NCBI GenBank assembly: GCA_963727895.1
Contig: CAVSHT010000005.1
Location: forward strand, 96,001-160,000
From: an uncultured Methanosarcinaceae archaeon
GTDB taxonomy: Archaea; Halobacteriota; Methanosarcinia; Methanosarcinales; Methanosarcinaceae
DNA: 64,000 bases
Direction of reading: 5' to 3'
The position numbers and the translations under genes were made by a program. Below, one piece after another: positions 44,828 through 55,437 of the stretch (position 1 is the stretch's first letter; each line of letters starts with the position of its first letter). Under the pieces are notes generated by a model. That model saw only the letters and a program-made list of their open reading frames with translations, was not told the DNA's origin and searched no databases.

Positions 44828-45955
44828 ATGTACACAAAAAAACCGACAACTCCAGAAGATGTAATTGAAAGAGCATACCAGGGAAAATGTACTAAAGAGG
44901 ATGCTCTTCTCCTGCTTGAAGGAAATCCTTTTGAGCTGTTTGAGCTCGCCAATGATCTACGTGCCAGTGCGGTAGGCGACACTGTAAGTTATGTGGTGAA
45001 CAGGAATATCTATATCACAAATAAATGTGTTGGAAACTGTGGGTTCTGTGCCTACAGGCAAGAGAAAGGATTTATCCTGAGCATTGACGAGATTCTGGAA
45101 CAAGTAGAAGATGCGAGAAAAGCAGGAGCTGTAGAGGTATGCATCCAGGGTGGATATACCCCTGAAATTGACATGGAAGTATATCTTGAGATTATAGAGT
45201 CAGTAAAAACCGAATTCCCTGATATGTGCGTTCATGCACTGTCTCCCATGGAAGTAAATTATGCAGCAGATCTCTCAAGCATGTCGGTTGAAGAAGCTCT
45301 GAGCAAGCTTAAAAAATGTGGGCTTGATTCTCTAACCGGAACTTCGGCTGAGATTCTTTCTGACAGAGTAAGAAAAATTATCTGCCCTGGAAAAATCAAT
45401 ACCCAACAATGGATTGATACTATAACTGCAGCACATAAAGCAGGGATTTCTACCAATTCAACTATCATGTACGGACATGTTGAAACCCTTGAAGAACGCC
45501 TTGACCATGTTTTTATTATCCGTGATATCCAGAAAGAAACAGGTGGGATTACGGAACTTATTCCTATGGCGTTTTTGCCTTACAATAGTCCTATAGGAGA
45601 AAAGATGCTTGCATCTGGAAAGTTCTCAACCACAGGGCTTGAAGATCTTCAGCTCATAGCTATTTCCCGCGTAATTTTGCATACTTATGTCAAAAATATT
45701 CAGGCTACTTGGGTAAAATTAGGAAAAAAACTTGCTCAGGTAGCCTTACAATGCGGAGCAAACGATCTAGGAGGTACACTTATGGAAGATCTGATCTCCA
45801 CAGCATCAGGGGGCAGTAATGGAGAATATGTATCTCCTGCCGAGTTTGAGTGGATGATAAAAGGAGCAGGCAGAATTCCTATGCAAAGGGATACTCTATA
45901 CCGAAAAATAGAGCGAGATTTTTCTAATAAAGTCAATCCCCTTCCTATTTTATGA
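44828..45955 (+). CDS. cofH: FO synthase subunit 2, copy 2
   Basis: Same motifs as the upstream paralog (CVGNCGFCAY, NIQATWVKLG). Confidence 0.93.
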   Translation: MYTKKPTTPEDVIERAYQGKCTKEDALLLLEGNPFELFELANDLRASAVGDTVSYVVNRNIYITNKCVGNCGFCAYRQEKGFILSIDEILEQVEDARKAGAVEVCIQGGYTPEIDMEVYLEIIESVKTEFPDMCVHALSPMEVNYAADLSSMSVEEALSKLKKCGLDSLTGTSAEILSDRVRKIICPGKINTQQWIDTITAAHKAGISTNSTIMYGHVETLEERLDHVFIIRDIQKETGGITELIPMAFLPYNSPIGEKMLASGKFSTTGLEDLQLIAISRVILHTYVKNIQATWVKLGKKLAQVALQCGANDLGGTLMEDLISTASGGSNGEYVSPAEFEWMIKGAGRIPMQRDTLYRKIERDFSNKVNPLPIL

Positions 45956-45982
45956 AAACAAGGGTAAGTAGTAGAGATTTAA

Positions 45983-46115
45983 CACCCGAGTTCCATCACC
46001 CGCCGAGTCCCGTATCGGGAGGACGACATGGATTCATTCAGGCAAGTTTGTAGCTCCCGAGTTTAGACTCGGGAGCACTGTCCGTTTCGCTCACTTCATT
46101 CGCTCAAGCGGACTA
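45983..46115. repeat. GC-rich multi-hairpin palindromic intergenic element
   Basis: Perfect 10-bp stem GCTCCCGAGT-TTAG-ACTCGGGAGC (46053-46076), GTCCG...CGGAC (46080-46113) and TCCCG-TAT-CGGGA. Confidence 0.65.
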
Positions 46116-46268
46116 ATTTAGAAGTCTGCAAGCCGGAATCAGAAGAGAAACGAGTTTATTTTTGAGCCGCAGGGGTTTTAGTTAAACATATTATATTAGA
46201 AAGTTAAGTTTAATATTCATTTATACTTATTTATATTCATATCTTAACTTAAATATTCAGGAGTTTAG

Positions 46269-46895
46269 ATGAAAGCTGTAATCCCCTATAAAAAAACCAG
46301 TGCAAAATCCAGGTTATCCCCTGTCCTTAGTCAGGAAGAGAGAGAAGAATTTGTGGAACTGATGCTGAATCAGGTAATAGACACCCTTAAGGAAGCCGGA
46401 ATAGAAGCTATCGATATTCTCAGTCCCTCCATTTACGGGTTTGAGAACATGAAAAAAGCCAACGTGCTTATGGATAAAAATGACCTGAACGAGGCTCTTA
46501 ACAGGTATCTTGAGAAGGCTGAGGAGCCTATTATGATTGTTATGGCTGATCTTCCTCTTCTTTCTTCTAAGCATGTAAAAGAGATTATTTCTACTAAAAA
46601 AGATGTTTGTATCGTCCCGGGAAAAGGCGGGGGTACAAATGTACTGTTTATTAAAAACCCCTCAGACTATAGAGTTAGGTATTATGGTTCGAGTTTTCTG
46701 ACGCACTGTTCGATTGCAGAGAAAACAGGGCAGAATGTTGAGATATACGATTCCTTTTTTGCAGGTACTGATATAGATGAGCCCGAGGATCTGGTCGAAC
46801 TGCTGATACATGGAAACGGAACTGCGAAAGAATATATAAGCAAAAAGTTCAGGCTTGAGCTTAGCAGGGGAAGGGTCGGACTGATTCATATTTAG
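46269..46895 (+). CDS. cofC: 2-phospho-L-lactate (PEP) guanylyltransferase
   Basis: AKSRLSPVLS, MADLPL, GGGTN and DIDEPEDL motifs. Confidence 0.95.
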   Translation: MKAVIPYKKTSAKSRLSPVLSQEEREEFVELMLNQVIDTLKEAGIEAIDILSPSIYGFENMKKANVLMDKNDLNEALNRYLEKAEEPIMIVMADLPLLSSKHVKEIISTKKDVCIVPGKGGGTNVLFIKNPSDYRVRYYGSSFLTHCSIAEKTGQNVEIYDSFFAGTDIDEPEDLVELLIHGNGTAKEYISKKFRLELSRGRVGLIHI

Positions 46896-47105
46896 GAACA
46901 GTTTTCTTGACTAAAATCACATATGTTCTGTAAATCCAAGGTTGGCTAATCAATCATTAATTTTAAATAAATAATGTGCTTATTATACTGTGAATATAAA
47001 ACCCAATGATTCATTGATATTCATCATTTAAATTTTGAATAGTGAAGTAAGGATATACAGAATCAGCAAAAATCTGCAAGGGCTATTTTTAGAAGAGGCG
47101 AGCTA

Positions 47106-47711
47106 GTGAGGTCTTTTACATCTGAAGAAAGAGAAATCATAAGAAACAAAATCATAGATAGAGGAAAAGAATGCTTTTCCAGATACGGAATCAAAAAAAC
47201 AAGCATTGAAGATCTTACAAAAGACCTGGGAATTGCAAAGAGTTCTTTTTATTCATTTTTTAGCAGTAAAGAAGATCTCTTTCTACACATATTTAAAGAA
47301 GAAAGAGAAGCTTTAAAAGACAGCTTGCTTGAAAATTCCTTCCTGAAATACAGGACAGAGCCTGATAAAGCTATAAGGGCTTATTTCCATTACGTGCTTC
47401 ATATCGCGAATAACCATCCTATTTGGAGGAAAGTTTTCATAGAGAAAGAGCACGTTGAGCTAACAATCTCCAGTTCTGCCGAAGAAGAAATTAAAAAGAT
47501 ACATAGAGAAAACGTGGAAATGATTTTACCTTTTTTTAATGAATGGGCAGATGCTGGCCTTCTAATAGACAAAGACCCAAGAATTCTTGCTGAAACTACA
47601 TATGCGGTTCTTTCATTTATCCGTTTCAGGAATGAAGTAGAAGAGAAAGATTTTTCGGAGATTATGAATGTTTTTATTGATCTTCTGGCAGAAAATATGA
47701 TAGAAAAGTAA
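47106..47711 (+). CDS. TetR/AcrR-family regulator
   Basis: FSRYGIKKTSIEDLTKDLGIAKSSFYSFFSSKEDLF HTH. Confidence 0.92.
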   Translation: MRSFTSEEREIIRNKIIDRGKECFSRYGIKKTSIEDLTKDLGIAKSSFYSFFSSKEDLFLHIFKEEREALKDSLLENSFLKYRTEPDKAIRAYFHYVLHIANNHPIWRKVFIEKEHVELTISSSAEEEIKKIHRENVEMILPFFNEWADAGLLIDKDPRILAETTYAVLSFIRFRNEVEEKDFSEIMNVFIDLLAENMIEK

Positions 47712-47814
47712 ATATAAAATTATTGAGGGGATTAAATTGTAAAAGGTTACCTGAAAAGGAGGATCTTTTCAAAAAAAATAGATAGCTCTGCAATAAATTA
47801 AAGGGAGTGTATTA

Positions 47815-49335
47815 ATGAAACATATAAAGTCTGTTTGTCCAGAATGTAAAAAAGTTCTTGATTCCACTATATTTGAAGAAAACGGCAAGATAATGCTGAA
47901 AAAAACTTGTCCAGAACATGGAACCTTCACGGATGTTTACTGGTCGGACAGTAAACTATAAAACAGGTTCAGTCGCTATTCTTACATTGGTAGTGGAGTT
48001 TCAACCAATAATGAGCCTATTTCTTCCAGTGGCTGTCCCTGGGACTGCGGAATTTGCTCCAGGCACAAAACCGGGACTTTGCTTGCAAACATCGACGTTA
48101 CCAATCGTTGTAATCTCAGTTGTCCGGTATGCTTTGCTAATGCCAAAGCAAGTGGTTTTATATACGAACCGGAGTTTGGACCGATAAGAGAAATGATGCT
48201 GACTCTCCGAAATCAAGAACCTGTTCCCTGCTATGCCGTCCAATTTGCTGGAGGAGAGCCTACAGTTCGAGATGACCTTCCTGAAATTATCGAAGCAGCT
48301 CAAGAACTTGGATTTTCACAGATCCAAATTGCAACTAATGGTGTCAGGCTCGCAAAAAGCCAGGAATACTGTGAATCTTTAAAGGCTGCAGGACTACACA
48401 CGGTATACTTATCTTTTGATGGAGTTACTGATGAACCTTACAGGAAAACCAGAGGATTTAATGCCTTTCCTGTAAAACAAAAAGCTATAGAAAACTGCAG
48501 GCAGACCGACCTGAATAGTGTTGTGCTCGTGCCCACTCTGATAAAAGGTGTTAATGATCATCAGGTTGGAGATATTGTCCGCTTTGCGACTAGAAATGAG
48601 GACGTAGTGAGAGGTGTAAACTTCCAGCCAGTAGCTTTCGCAGGTCGCATTGATCAGGTCCTACGAAAAGAACAGAGAATAACAATTTCCTATCTAGTAT
48701 CACTCCTGGAAGAACAAACCGAAGGAGAAATTCCCAGTTCAGCCTGGTATCCTGCATCTGCTGCAGTTCCCATCATCCGATTCGTGAGTGCAGTGAGAAA
48801 TGTTCTGCTCCCCGAGTTTACAATTCACTCTCACTGTGGAGCTGGTACTTATATCTTTGAAAACGAGGGAAGGCTAATTCCGATAACTGAGTTTGTGGAT
48901 GTGGATGGGTTCCTTGAGTTCCTTGAGAGTGTTACTCCAGAATTTGAGGGACAAGGCTCTAACGTAACAAAACTTGCAAAAGTTCTCTATCATGTCCCGC
49001 ACTACATTGATGATTCCAAGAGGCCAAAGGATCTTAACATAGTCTCCCTGATAAGTAATTTCCTTAAAAATGGCACAAGAGAACATGCTGCTCATTTCCA
49101 TAGAAAAGCACTTTTCCTTGGAGCTATGCATTTTCAGGATCTTTATAATCTGGATTTGGAGAGGGTTGAGCACTGCGGAATCCATTATGCCACACCTGAT
49201 GGGGGGATAATTCCTTTCTGTACCTACAACAATTTTCATAGAGAAGGAGTGGAAGCAAGGTATTCAAAAAAATATAGAAAAAATATGGAATTTGAAAGAA
49301 AATCTCTGGATGTTCTGGAACAGGAAACAGCTTGA
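47815..49335 (+). pseudogene. tes: Tetraether lipid synthase (Tes/GDGT-MAS radical SAM) with in-frame TAA at codon 49
   Basis: MKHIKSVCPEC...CPEHG...YWSDSKL*(47959)...CPWDCGICSRH...CNLSCPVC...HSHCG...CGIHYATPDG..IPFCTYN. Confidence 0.88.
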
Positions 49336-49874
49336 ATCTCTGGCTTTCCATATGTAATGAATTTATAAGCTTAGGGCTGTTTCGTGGGACTTTAAGCAGG
49401 TTTTCAACTTATTCCAATTAAAAAATAATAGTGTGACAATTTTTCATAAATAGACTTTCGATTTAAAACTGAAAACATGACAATTATCCTTAAAAGTCAA
49501 AAATACAATTTATGGTGGTGTAATAAAAAATATTTATATCAAAGAGAAAATTAACTGATATAAATTTTTATGCTAATTTATTGATCCAATAGAGCCAACA
49601 ACTTTAAACTTGACAAATGCATTAATTGAGAAAACTATTCGAAAGAGTATCAAAAGGGTATCTGATTCAGCCCTGATCTTCTTTATGAATAACTTAAAAA
49701 GGAAAAAATAGAGACCTTAGAAAAAATAACTTTCAGGATTCTATTACAGCCACCAGTAGAAATAATGTAACATACAACTGTTATAATTTTCGGTTCATGT
49801 TATACTTAGATACAAGAAATAGGACATCTACTGGGTAAAATCATAATTTACTTTTAAAATTTACAGGTGAGCTG

Positions 49875-50051
49875 GTGAGCATTAACATAAACAGATATAA
49901 ATGTGGATATTGTGGAGCCTGTGTGGGAGTTTGCCCAAAAGGAGCACTCGAACTTGTAGAAACCTGGGTCGAAGTAGATGAAAACATATGCGTAGCATGC
50001 GGAATATGCGATCGCATCTGCCCTGTAGGAGCAATAGAGGTAATGAAATGA
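49875..50051 (+). CDS. Small 2[4Fe-4S] ferredoxin (58 aa, not in the ORF track)
   Basis: [23 protein letters not shown]...[24 protein letters not shown] overlap with the GGR gene. Confidence 0.92.
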   Translation: MSININRYKCGYCGACVGVCPKGALELVETWVEVDENICVACGICDRICPVGAIEVMK

Positions 50052-51271
50052 AGGACAGATATGATGTTTTAGTGATCGGAGCAGGCCCTGCAGGTTCCAT
50101 TGCCGCCAAGACCGCAGCTGAAAAAGGGCTTGATGTACTTTTAATCGAAAAGCGACAGGAGATAGGTGACCCTGTGCGCTGTGCCGAAGGTGTGAGCAAA
50201 GAATATCTCAAAAAGCATGTAGAAATTGATGAAAAGTGGATTTGCGCTGACCTTAAAGGTTCATTAATTTACGCCCCAGATGGTACAAAAATAGAGATGT
50301 CAGAAGAAATCTCTGGTGCAGAAGTAGGTTATGTCCTTGAAAGAAAAGTGTTTGACAGAGCACTCGCAGAAAAAGCTGCTAAAGCCGGGGCTGAAGTGAG
50401 AGTAAAAACCAGAGCAACTGGCCTGATCATTGAGGACGGATCCGTTAAGGGCGCAAAACTCATGCACCTAGGAAAAACTTACGATGTGCGTGCAGAGATA
50501 GTTATAGGTGCTGATGGGGTTGAATCAAAGGTAGGTAGATGGGCAGGCATTGATACGTCTTTAAAGCCTATAGATCTCGAAACTTGTGCCCAATACTTGA
50601 TAGCTGGAGCAAATGTCGATCAGCACCACTGTGAGTTTTATATAGGAAATGAGATTGCACCGGCAGGCTATATATGGGTATTTCCGAAAGGTGAAGGAAA
50701 AGCCAATGTAGGGATCGGAGTTCTCGGGAGTAAGACTGGAAAATTCAAGCCAAGACCTGTAGATTATCTCAATGATTTCCTTGAGAAAAGGTTCCCTGAT
50801 GCCAGAATAGTTGAGATGATTTTTGGAGGAGTCCCGGTTTCAGGCGTGATTGAAAAAACTTCCACTAACGGACTAATGCTGATAGGAGACGCAGCTCGTC
50901 AGTCTGACCCTGTTACAGGTGGTGGGATTCTTAACGCAATGGATGCGGGTAAATTTGCAGGAGAAGCTGCATATACAGCTATATCTTCAGGAGATGTTTC
51001 TTCTAAAAAGTTAGAAGAAGTTTATGAGAAGCCGTGGAGAACAACTCTGGGTCATGAAATTGATATGAGTCTCGTTGTAAAGAATTGTTTCATTAATTTA
51101 AGCGATGAAGACCTTAACTCTCTTGCTCATTCCCTTAAAGATGTAAAATTTGAGAGAATGAGCCTTCTTGATCTGGTACAGGCTCTCTTTAAAGCCAATA
51201 GAAAACTTCTCTGGGATCTTCGAGTACTTTTCAAAGATGTCGCAAAAGAAGCAGTAAAAAATAAAATGTAA
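50048..51271 (+). CDS. Digeranylgeranylglycerophospholipid (geranylgeranyl) reductase
   Basis: True start is ATG 50048. [24 protein letters not shown] and GDAA...PVTGGGI motifs. Confidence 0.93.
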   Translation: MKDRYDVLVIGAGPAGSIAAKTAAEKGLDVLLIEKRQEIGDPVRCAEGVSKEYLKKHVEIDEKWICADLKGSLIYAPDGTKIEMSEEISGAEVGYVLERKVFDRALAEKAAKAGAEVRVKTRATGLIIEDGSVKGAKLMHLGKTYDVRAEIVIGADGVESKVGRWAGIDTSLKPIDLETCAQYLIAGANVDQHHCEFYIGNEIAPAGYIWVFPKGEGKANVGIGVLGSKTGKFKPRPVDYLNDFLEKRFPDARIVEMIFGGVPVSGVIEKTSTNGLMLIGDAARQSDPVTGGGILNAMDAGKFAGEAAYTAISSGDVSSKKLEEVYEKPWRTTLGHEIDMSLVVKNCFINLSDEDLNSLAHSLKDVKFERMSLLDLVQALFKANRKLLWDLRVLFKDVAKEAVKNKM

Positions 51272-51399
51272 CGCCTAGAAATCCAGGTGTCATTTATTTG
51301 TTACACTTCCTTTTTTGAAGTTCTTACAGGAATTCCTGTACTCCATATTATCTAAACTTTTTTGTACCTTTATATCAAGCCGTTTATTAGAGTATATTT

Positions 51400-51543
51400 C
51401 ATTTGTATTCGGTTAAGGAATCTGTTAACGTTATAATGACTACTGCAATAATCTATGCATCTCGATTTACATTTATAGGTTTACATAAATGGCAACAAAG
51501 ATAACACATTTTTTATAGATCGTATCTTAACCGAATACAAATG
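51400..51543. mobile_element. 144-bp MITE, IS4-family (ISH8-group-like) ends
   Basis: Perfect 18-bp TIR CATTTGTATTCGGTTAAG. Perfect 10-bp TSD GAGTATATTT (51390-51399 and 51544-51553). Confidence 0.92.
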
Positions 51544-51617
51544 GAGTATATTTAAAATGTATGAAGATGTTGGTTTTGGGATCGGAGTAACTTTTTAAAA
51601 TTTTAGGTATTTATTAT

Positions 51618-52705
51618 TTACGTAAAAAATTTCTCCACCGCCGAAACTGCAGAAGATAGCGCAAAAACTATTACCTTATCACCTTCTCGAATTATAGAAT
51701 CTCCTTTAGGTATGATAATTTCGTCGTTATGAACTATCATGGTAACTTGTTTTGCCAGAAGTGAACACAGAAGATTTTTATCGTCATTATCCGTTACCGC
51801 AAGCACTACGTCCATTTCTTCGATATTTTCTTCCTTCAAAAGGTTAACATCAGTGCCGTCTCCGTTTAAAATAAGGGTATTTTCCAGTATTTCGGCCACT
51901 TCTATACAGCGACTTTTCCTGTATTCGATAACCTTAAGGTCTGTCTTATCGTCTTTATCTATCAGTTTGGCCAGATAAAATCCTACAATTCCACAGCCAA
52001 TAAGGATAATTTTGGTTCTGTGAGGTTCTTCGTTTCCGAATATACGACCAAGTTCTTCCAGAGCTTTGGGCTTGCCTACAACTACAATATGGTCATTTGT
52101 TTGGATAAAGTCGTCCCCATGAGGGATGATTATTTCATTTTTTCGGAAAATCGCACTTACAATACAGCAGTCATCTAGATTGAGGTTTTGTATCTGCTTT
52201 GCTACAAGTCTGTTGTTAGGACGAATGGCAAATTCCATCATCTGAACTTTTCCCCGGCAAAGAGTTCAGTACCTATTGCTGACGGGCTTGAAAGCACTTC
52301 TGCAACTTTGGATGCTAGTGCAAGTTCAGGGCAGATCATGATATCAACTCCAACCTGAGACCTCGAAGTTATAGGAACATCAATATAATCAGGGTTGCTG
52401 ACTCTTGCAATGGTTTTTGTTTCTATCCAGCCAGGACGGGATCTTATGATCAGCTTTGCGGTCATGCAGGCAACAATGTTGACTTCATCAACTCCTGTAA
52501 CAGCCACAAGAATATCCTCATCGTGAAGGATACTTGCCAGAATATCAGCGTTTGCACCATTTCCCTCCAGGACCTGAACATCGAGCTCGTCTGCTCTTCG
52601 TGCAACCTCTTCATCTTTTTCGACGACGATTACATCGTTTGTAAGGGAAAGAAATTTTGCAATATGGTATCCAACCTCGCCTGCCCCTATAATTACTGCC
52701 TTCAT
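51618..52705 (-). pseudogene. trkA: Trk K+ uptake NAD-binding protein, frameshifted and internally deleted
   Basis: IIGAGEVG and LIGCGIVG RCK domains. Frameshift at ~52241. The junction LLAKQ|VTMIVH skips the end of RCK_N2. Confidence 0.9.
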
Positions 52706-53409
52706 AAGAATTCCTCAAAAAATTTAATTTTAGATTGATTAATCTGTTTGATTAAGTAATCTTTGGAATAAATTTAAATTAGATGGGTTTTAAGGAATAT
52801 TATTTTGTAGACCAAGATCTTAATGTTCAGAGTTTTAGATACAATAACGGATATATAATATTAAAAGTCACATTGGTAAAAATATTTTAACTTTTCTGTC
52901 TGTTTCTTATTTAAAACTCTTTAATTATCTGCCTTAATTTTCCTCAAAAACTTGATTAATTAATTGATTCCAAAACTCAGAATAACATTCCTAAGAGTGT
53001 CAGTTGATATGGGGTTAATTGATATCAGGGGTGGATATTTTCATAATAAAATCCCGAATGCTACTTTATCGCATATTATGGTGCTTGTAAACATTGCTAC
53101 TTAATTTCTAAAACCTTAGAGAAACAGTATTGAAGCATTCGATTTGTAAAAATTTATTCTATTTGACAGTTGAACGCGAAACAAAGTATTATATAATCCC
53201 TTATATAAATTTGTCATCAAACGATTTTGTTTCATTAAAACAAGAGCCTATTGAGAACAGGGGTGGAAGGTTTACTACTGGAAGATTCTCATCTTCATCT
53301 GTGTAGTTCTTATGATTCTCTTACTACTTCTTTTTCTTCCAGGTTTTATTTCTTTTAACCATAAAGTTTTAGAAAACGATTAAAAGATAAAGCCAAAAGT
53401 GGGATAAGA

Positions 53410-55416
53410 ATGCAGGATATTACAGAATATATCAAGAAATTAAAGACTTTTATTATTGGAGAACCTCGTAATCCATTAGATTCAAAGATTTTCCATAAAC
53501 TTTCCTTAATATCGCTCTTTGCATGGGTTGGTCTGGGATCTGACGCGATGTCTTCATCTTCATATGGTCCTCAGGAAGCATACCTTGCATTGGGAGAACA
53601 TACTTATCTTGCTATATTTGTGGCTATCAGCATTATATTGACAATTTTTGTAATAAGTACCAGCTATTCACAAATAGTTGAATTATTTCCTACAGGCGGG
53701 GGAGGATATTTAGTTGCAAGTAAATTATTATCTCCTTCTCTGGGAATGCTTTCCGGTTGCGCTCTCCTGATAGATTATGTCCTTACAATTTCTATTTCGA
53801 TATCAAGTGGAGTAGATGCTATGTTAAGCTTTCTACCGGCAGGATGGCAAATAATCAAATTAGAATTTGCATTTGTTGTTATCTTGGTTCTTATCTTATT
53901 GAACCTGAGAGGGATTAAAGAATCAGTGTTGTTTTTAATCCCAATATTTGCATTGTTTCTAATTGCACATGTCATCTTAATAGTATACGCTTTTTATTTC
54001 CATTCTACAAACCTGCCGGTCGTGATGAATAATACTATCACTGATACCCATAGTGTGATAAGTGGAATAGGGGTCTCAGGACTGCTTTTAATTATTATCC
54101 ATTCATATAGCATGGGAGCAGGAACATATACAGGAATTGAAGCCGTAAGTAATGCAGTACCTGTAATGAGAGAACCTAGAGTGCAGACTGCGAAGAGAAC
54201 TATGCATCTCATGGCTATTTCACTGGCGTTCATGGCAGCAGGACTGATGATTTCTTATTTATTTTACAATGTAGCCCGCGAACCTGGAAAAACTCTAAAT
54301 GCCGTCCTATTTGAGAATGTTACAAGTTCCTGGGGGACCTTTGGTACTTATTTTGTAATAGCAACCCTCATTTCAGAAGCAGGTCTATTGTTTGTGGCGG
54401 CACAGACCGGATTTATAGACGGTCCAAGGGTTCTGGCAAATATGGCATTAGACCGATGGGTTCCTACTAAGTTTGCAACCCTGAGTGATAGATTTGTGAC
54501 ACAAAACGGCGTATTAATTATGGGCATTTCAGCCTTAATTATGGTCTCTCTGACAGATGGATCGGTAGAACACCTTGTAGTCCTTTACAGCATTGCAGTT
54601 TTTATAACGTTTATTTTGTCCCAGGCAGGAATGGTCCGTCATTGGTGGGAAGTTAAAACTAATGTAAAAGACTGGAAAAAAAGATTAATTATCAATGGCG
54701 TTGGCCTGCTTATGACAGTTGTGATATTAATGTCAGTGATATTGGTGAAGTTCAGTGAAGGAGGATGGATAACACTGGTTATTATCGGAGCTTTTGCTGG
54801 AGTTGTCCTCATAATAAGACGCCATTATGAATATGTTTCAGGGCTTATTACAGAGCTGAACGCCAAAATACTCGTATATCCATCTTTGATTTATATAACT
54901 AAGAATGAAAACCCTGGAAAATTCAACCTTGAAGATAAGACTGCTGTGCTGCTTGTAAACGGTTTTAACGGTTTAGGAATGCTCGCGTTGTCCAGTATAT
55001 TCGAGTTATTTGGTGGAGTGTATAAGAATTTCGTATTCATACAAATTGGTGTAATCGATGCCGGAGTGTTCAAAGGAGCAGAAGAAATTAAAGGACTTCA
55101 AACCATGGTAAATAAAGATATAGAGAAGTATGTAAACCTGGTCTCATCATATGGATATTATGCTGAAAGTTATACTACAATAGGAACCGACGTTGTTGAC
55201 GAAATTACAAAACTAGCACCAGAAGTATTAAAGAAGTTTCCTAATTCTGTATTCTTTGGCGGTCAAATTGTGATTCCAAATGAAACAATGCTTTCAAGAT
55301 GGCTCCATAACTATACTGTCTTTGCATCACAGAAAAAATTGTACGCTAAGTGTATTCCCTTTGTAGTCTTGCCAATAAGAGTGGATTTGGAATGTAATAT
55401 CCCTAACACGACTTAA
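53410..55416 (+). CDS. KimA/YdaO-like APC-family K+ transporter
   Basis: SDAMSSSSYG, GGGGYLVAS, ALLIDYVLT and TGIEAVSN match KimA motifs. C-terminal cytoplasmic domain present. Confidence 0.8.
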   Translation: MQDITEYIKKLKTFIIGEPRNPLDSKIFHKLSLISLFAWVGLGSDAMSSSSYGPQEAYLALGEHTYLAIFVAISIILTIFVISTSYSQIVELFPTGGGGYLVASKLLSPSLGMLSGCALLIDYVLTISISISSGVDAMLSFLPAGWQIIKLEFAFVVILVLILLNLRGIKESVLFLIPIFALFLIAHVILIVYAFYFHSTNLPVVMNNTITDTHSVISGIGVSGLLLIIIHSYSMGAGTYTGIEAVSNAVPVMREPRVQTAKRTMHLMAISLAFMAAGLMISYLFYNVAREPGKTLNAVLFENVTSSWGTFGTYFVIATLISEAGLLFVAAQTGFIDGPRVLANMALDRWVPTKFATLSDRFVTQNGVLIMGISALIMVSLTDGSVEHLVVLYSIAVFITFILSQAGMVRHWWEVKTNVKDWKKRLIINGVGLLMTVVILMSVILVKFSEGGWITLVIIGAFAGVVLIIRRHYEYVSGLITELNAKILVYPSLIYITKNENPGKFNLEDKTAVLLVNGFNGLGMLALSSIFELFGGVYKNFVFIQIGVIDAGVFKGAEEIKGLQTMVNKDIEKYVNLVSSYGYYAESYTTIGTDVVDEITKLAPEVLKKFPNSVFFGGQIVIPNETMLSRWLHNYTVFASQKKLYAKCIPFVVLPIRVDLECNIPNTT

Positions 55417-55437
55417 ATTTAAAAATCGCTGAAGACT

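Noticed and set aside
43641..45955. Tandem cofH duplication as a novelty
   Set aside because: Two adjacent cofH paralogs are a known Methanosarcina arrangement.
49988..50047. N-terminal extension of the GGR ORF
   Set aside because: It overlaps the ferredoxin gene in another frame. The real start is ATG 50048.
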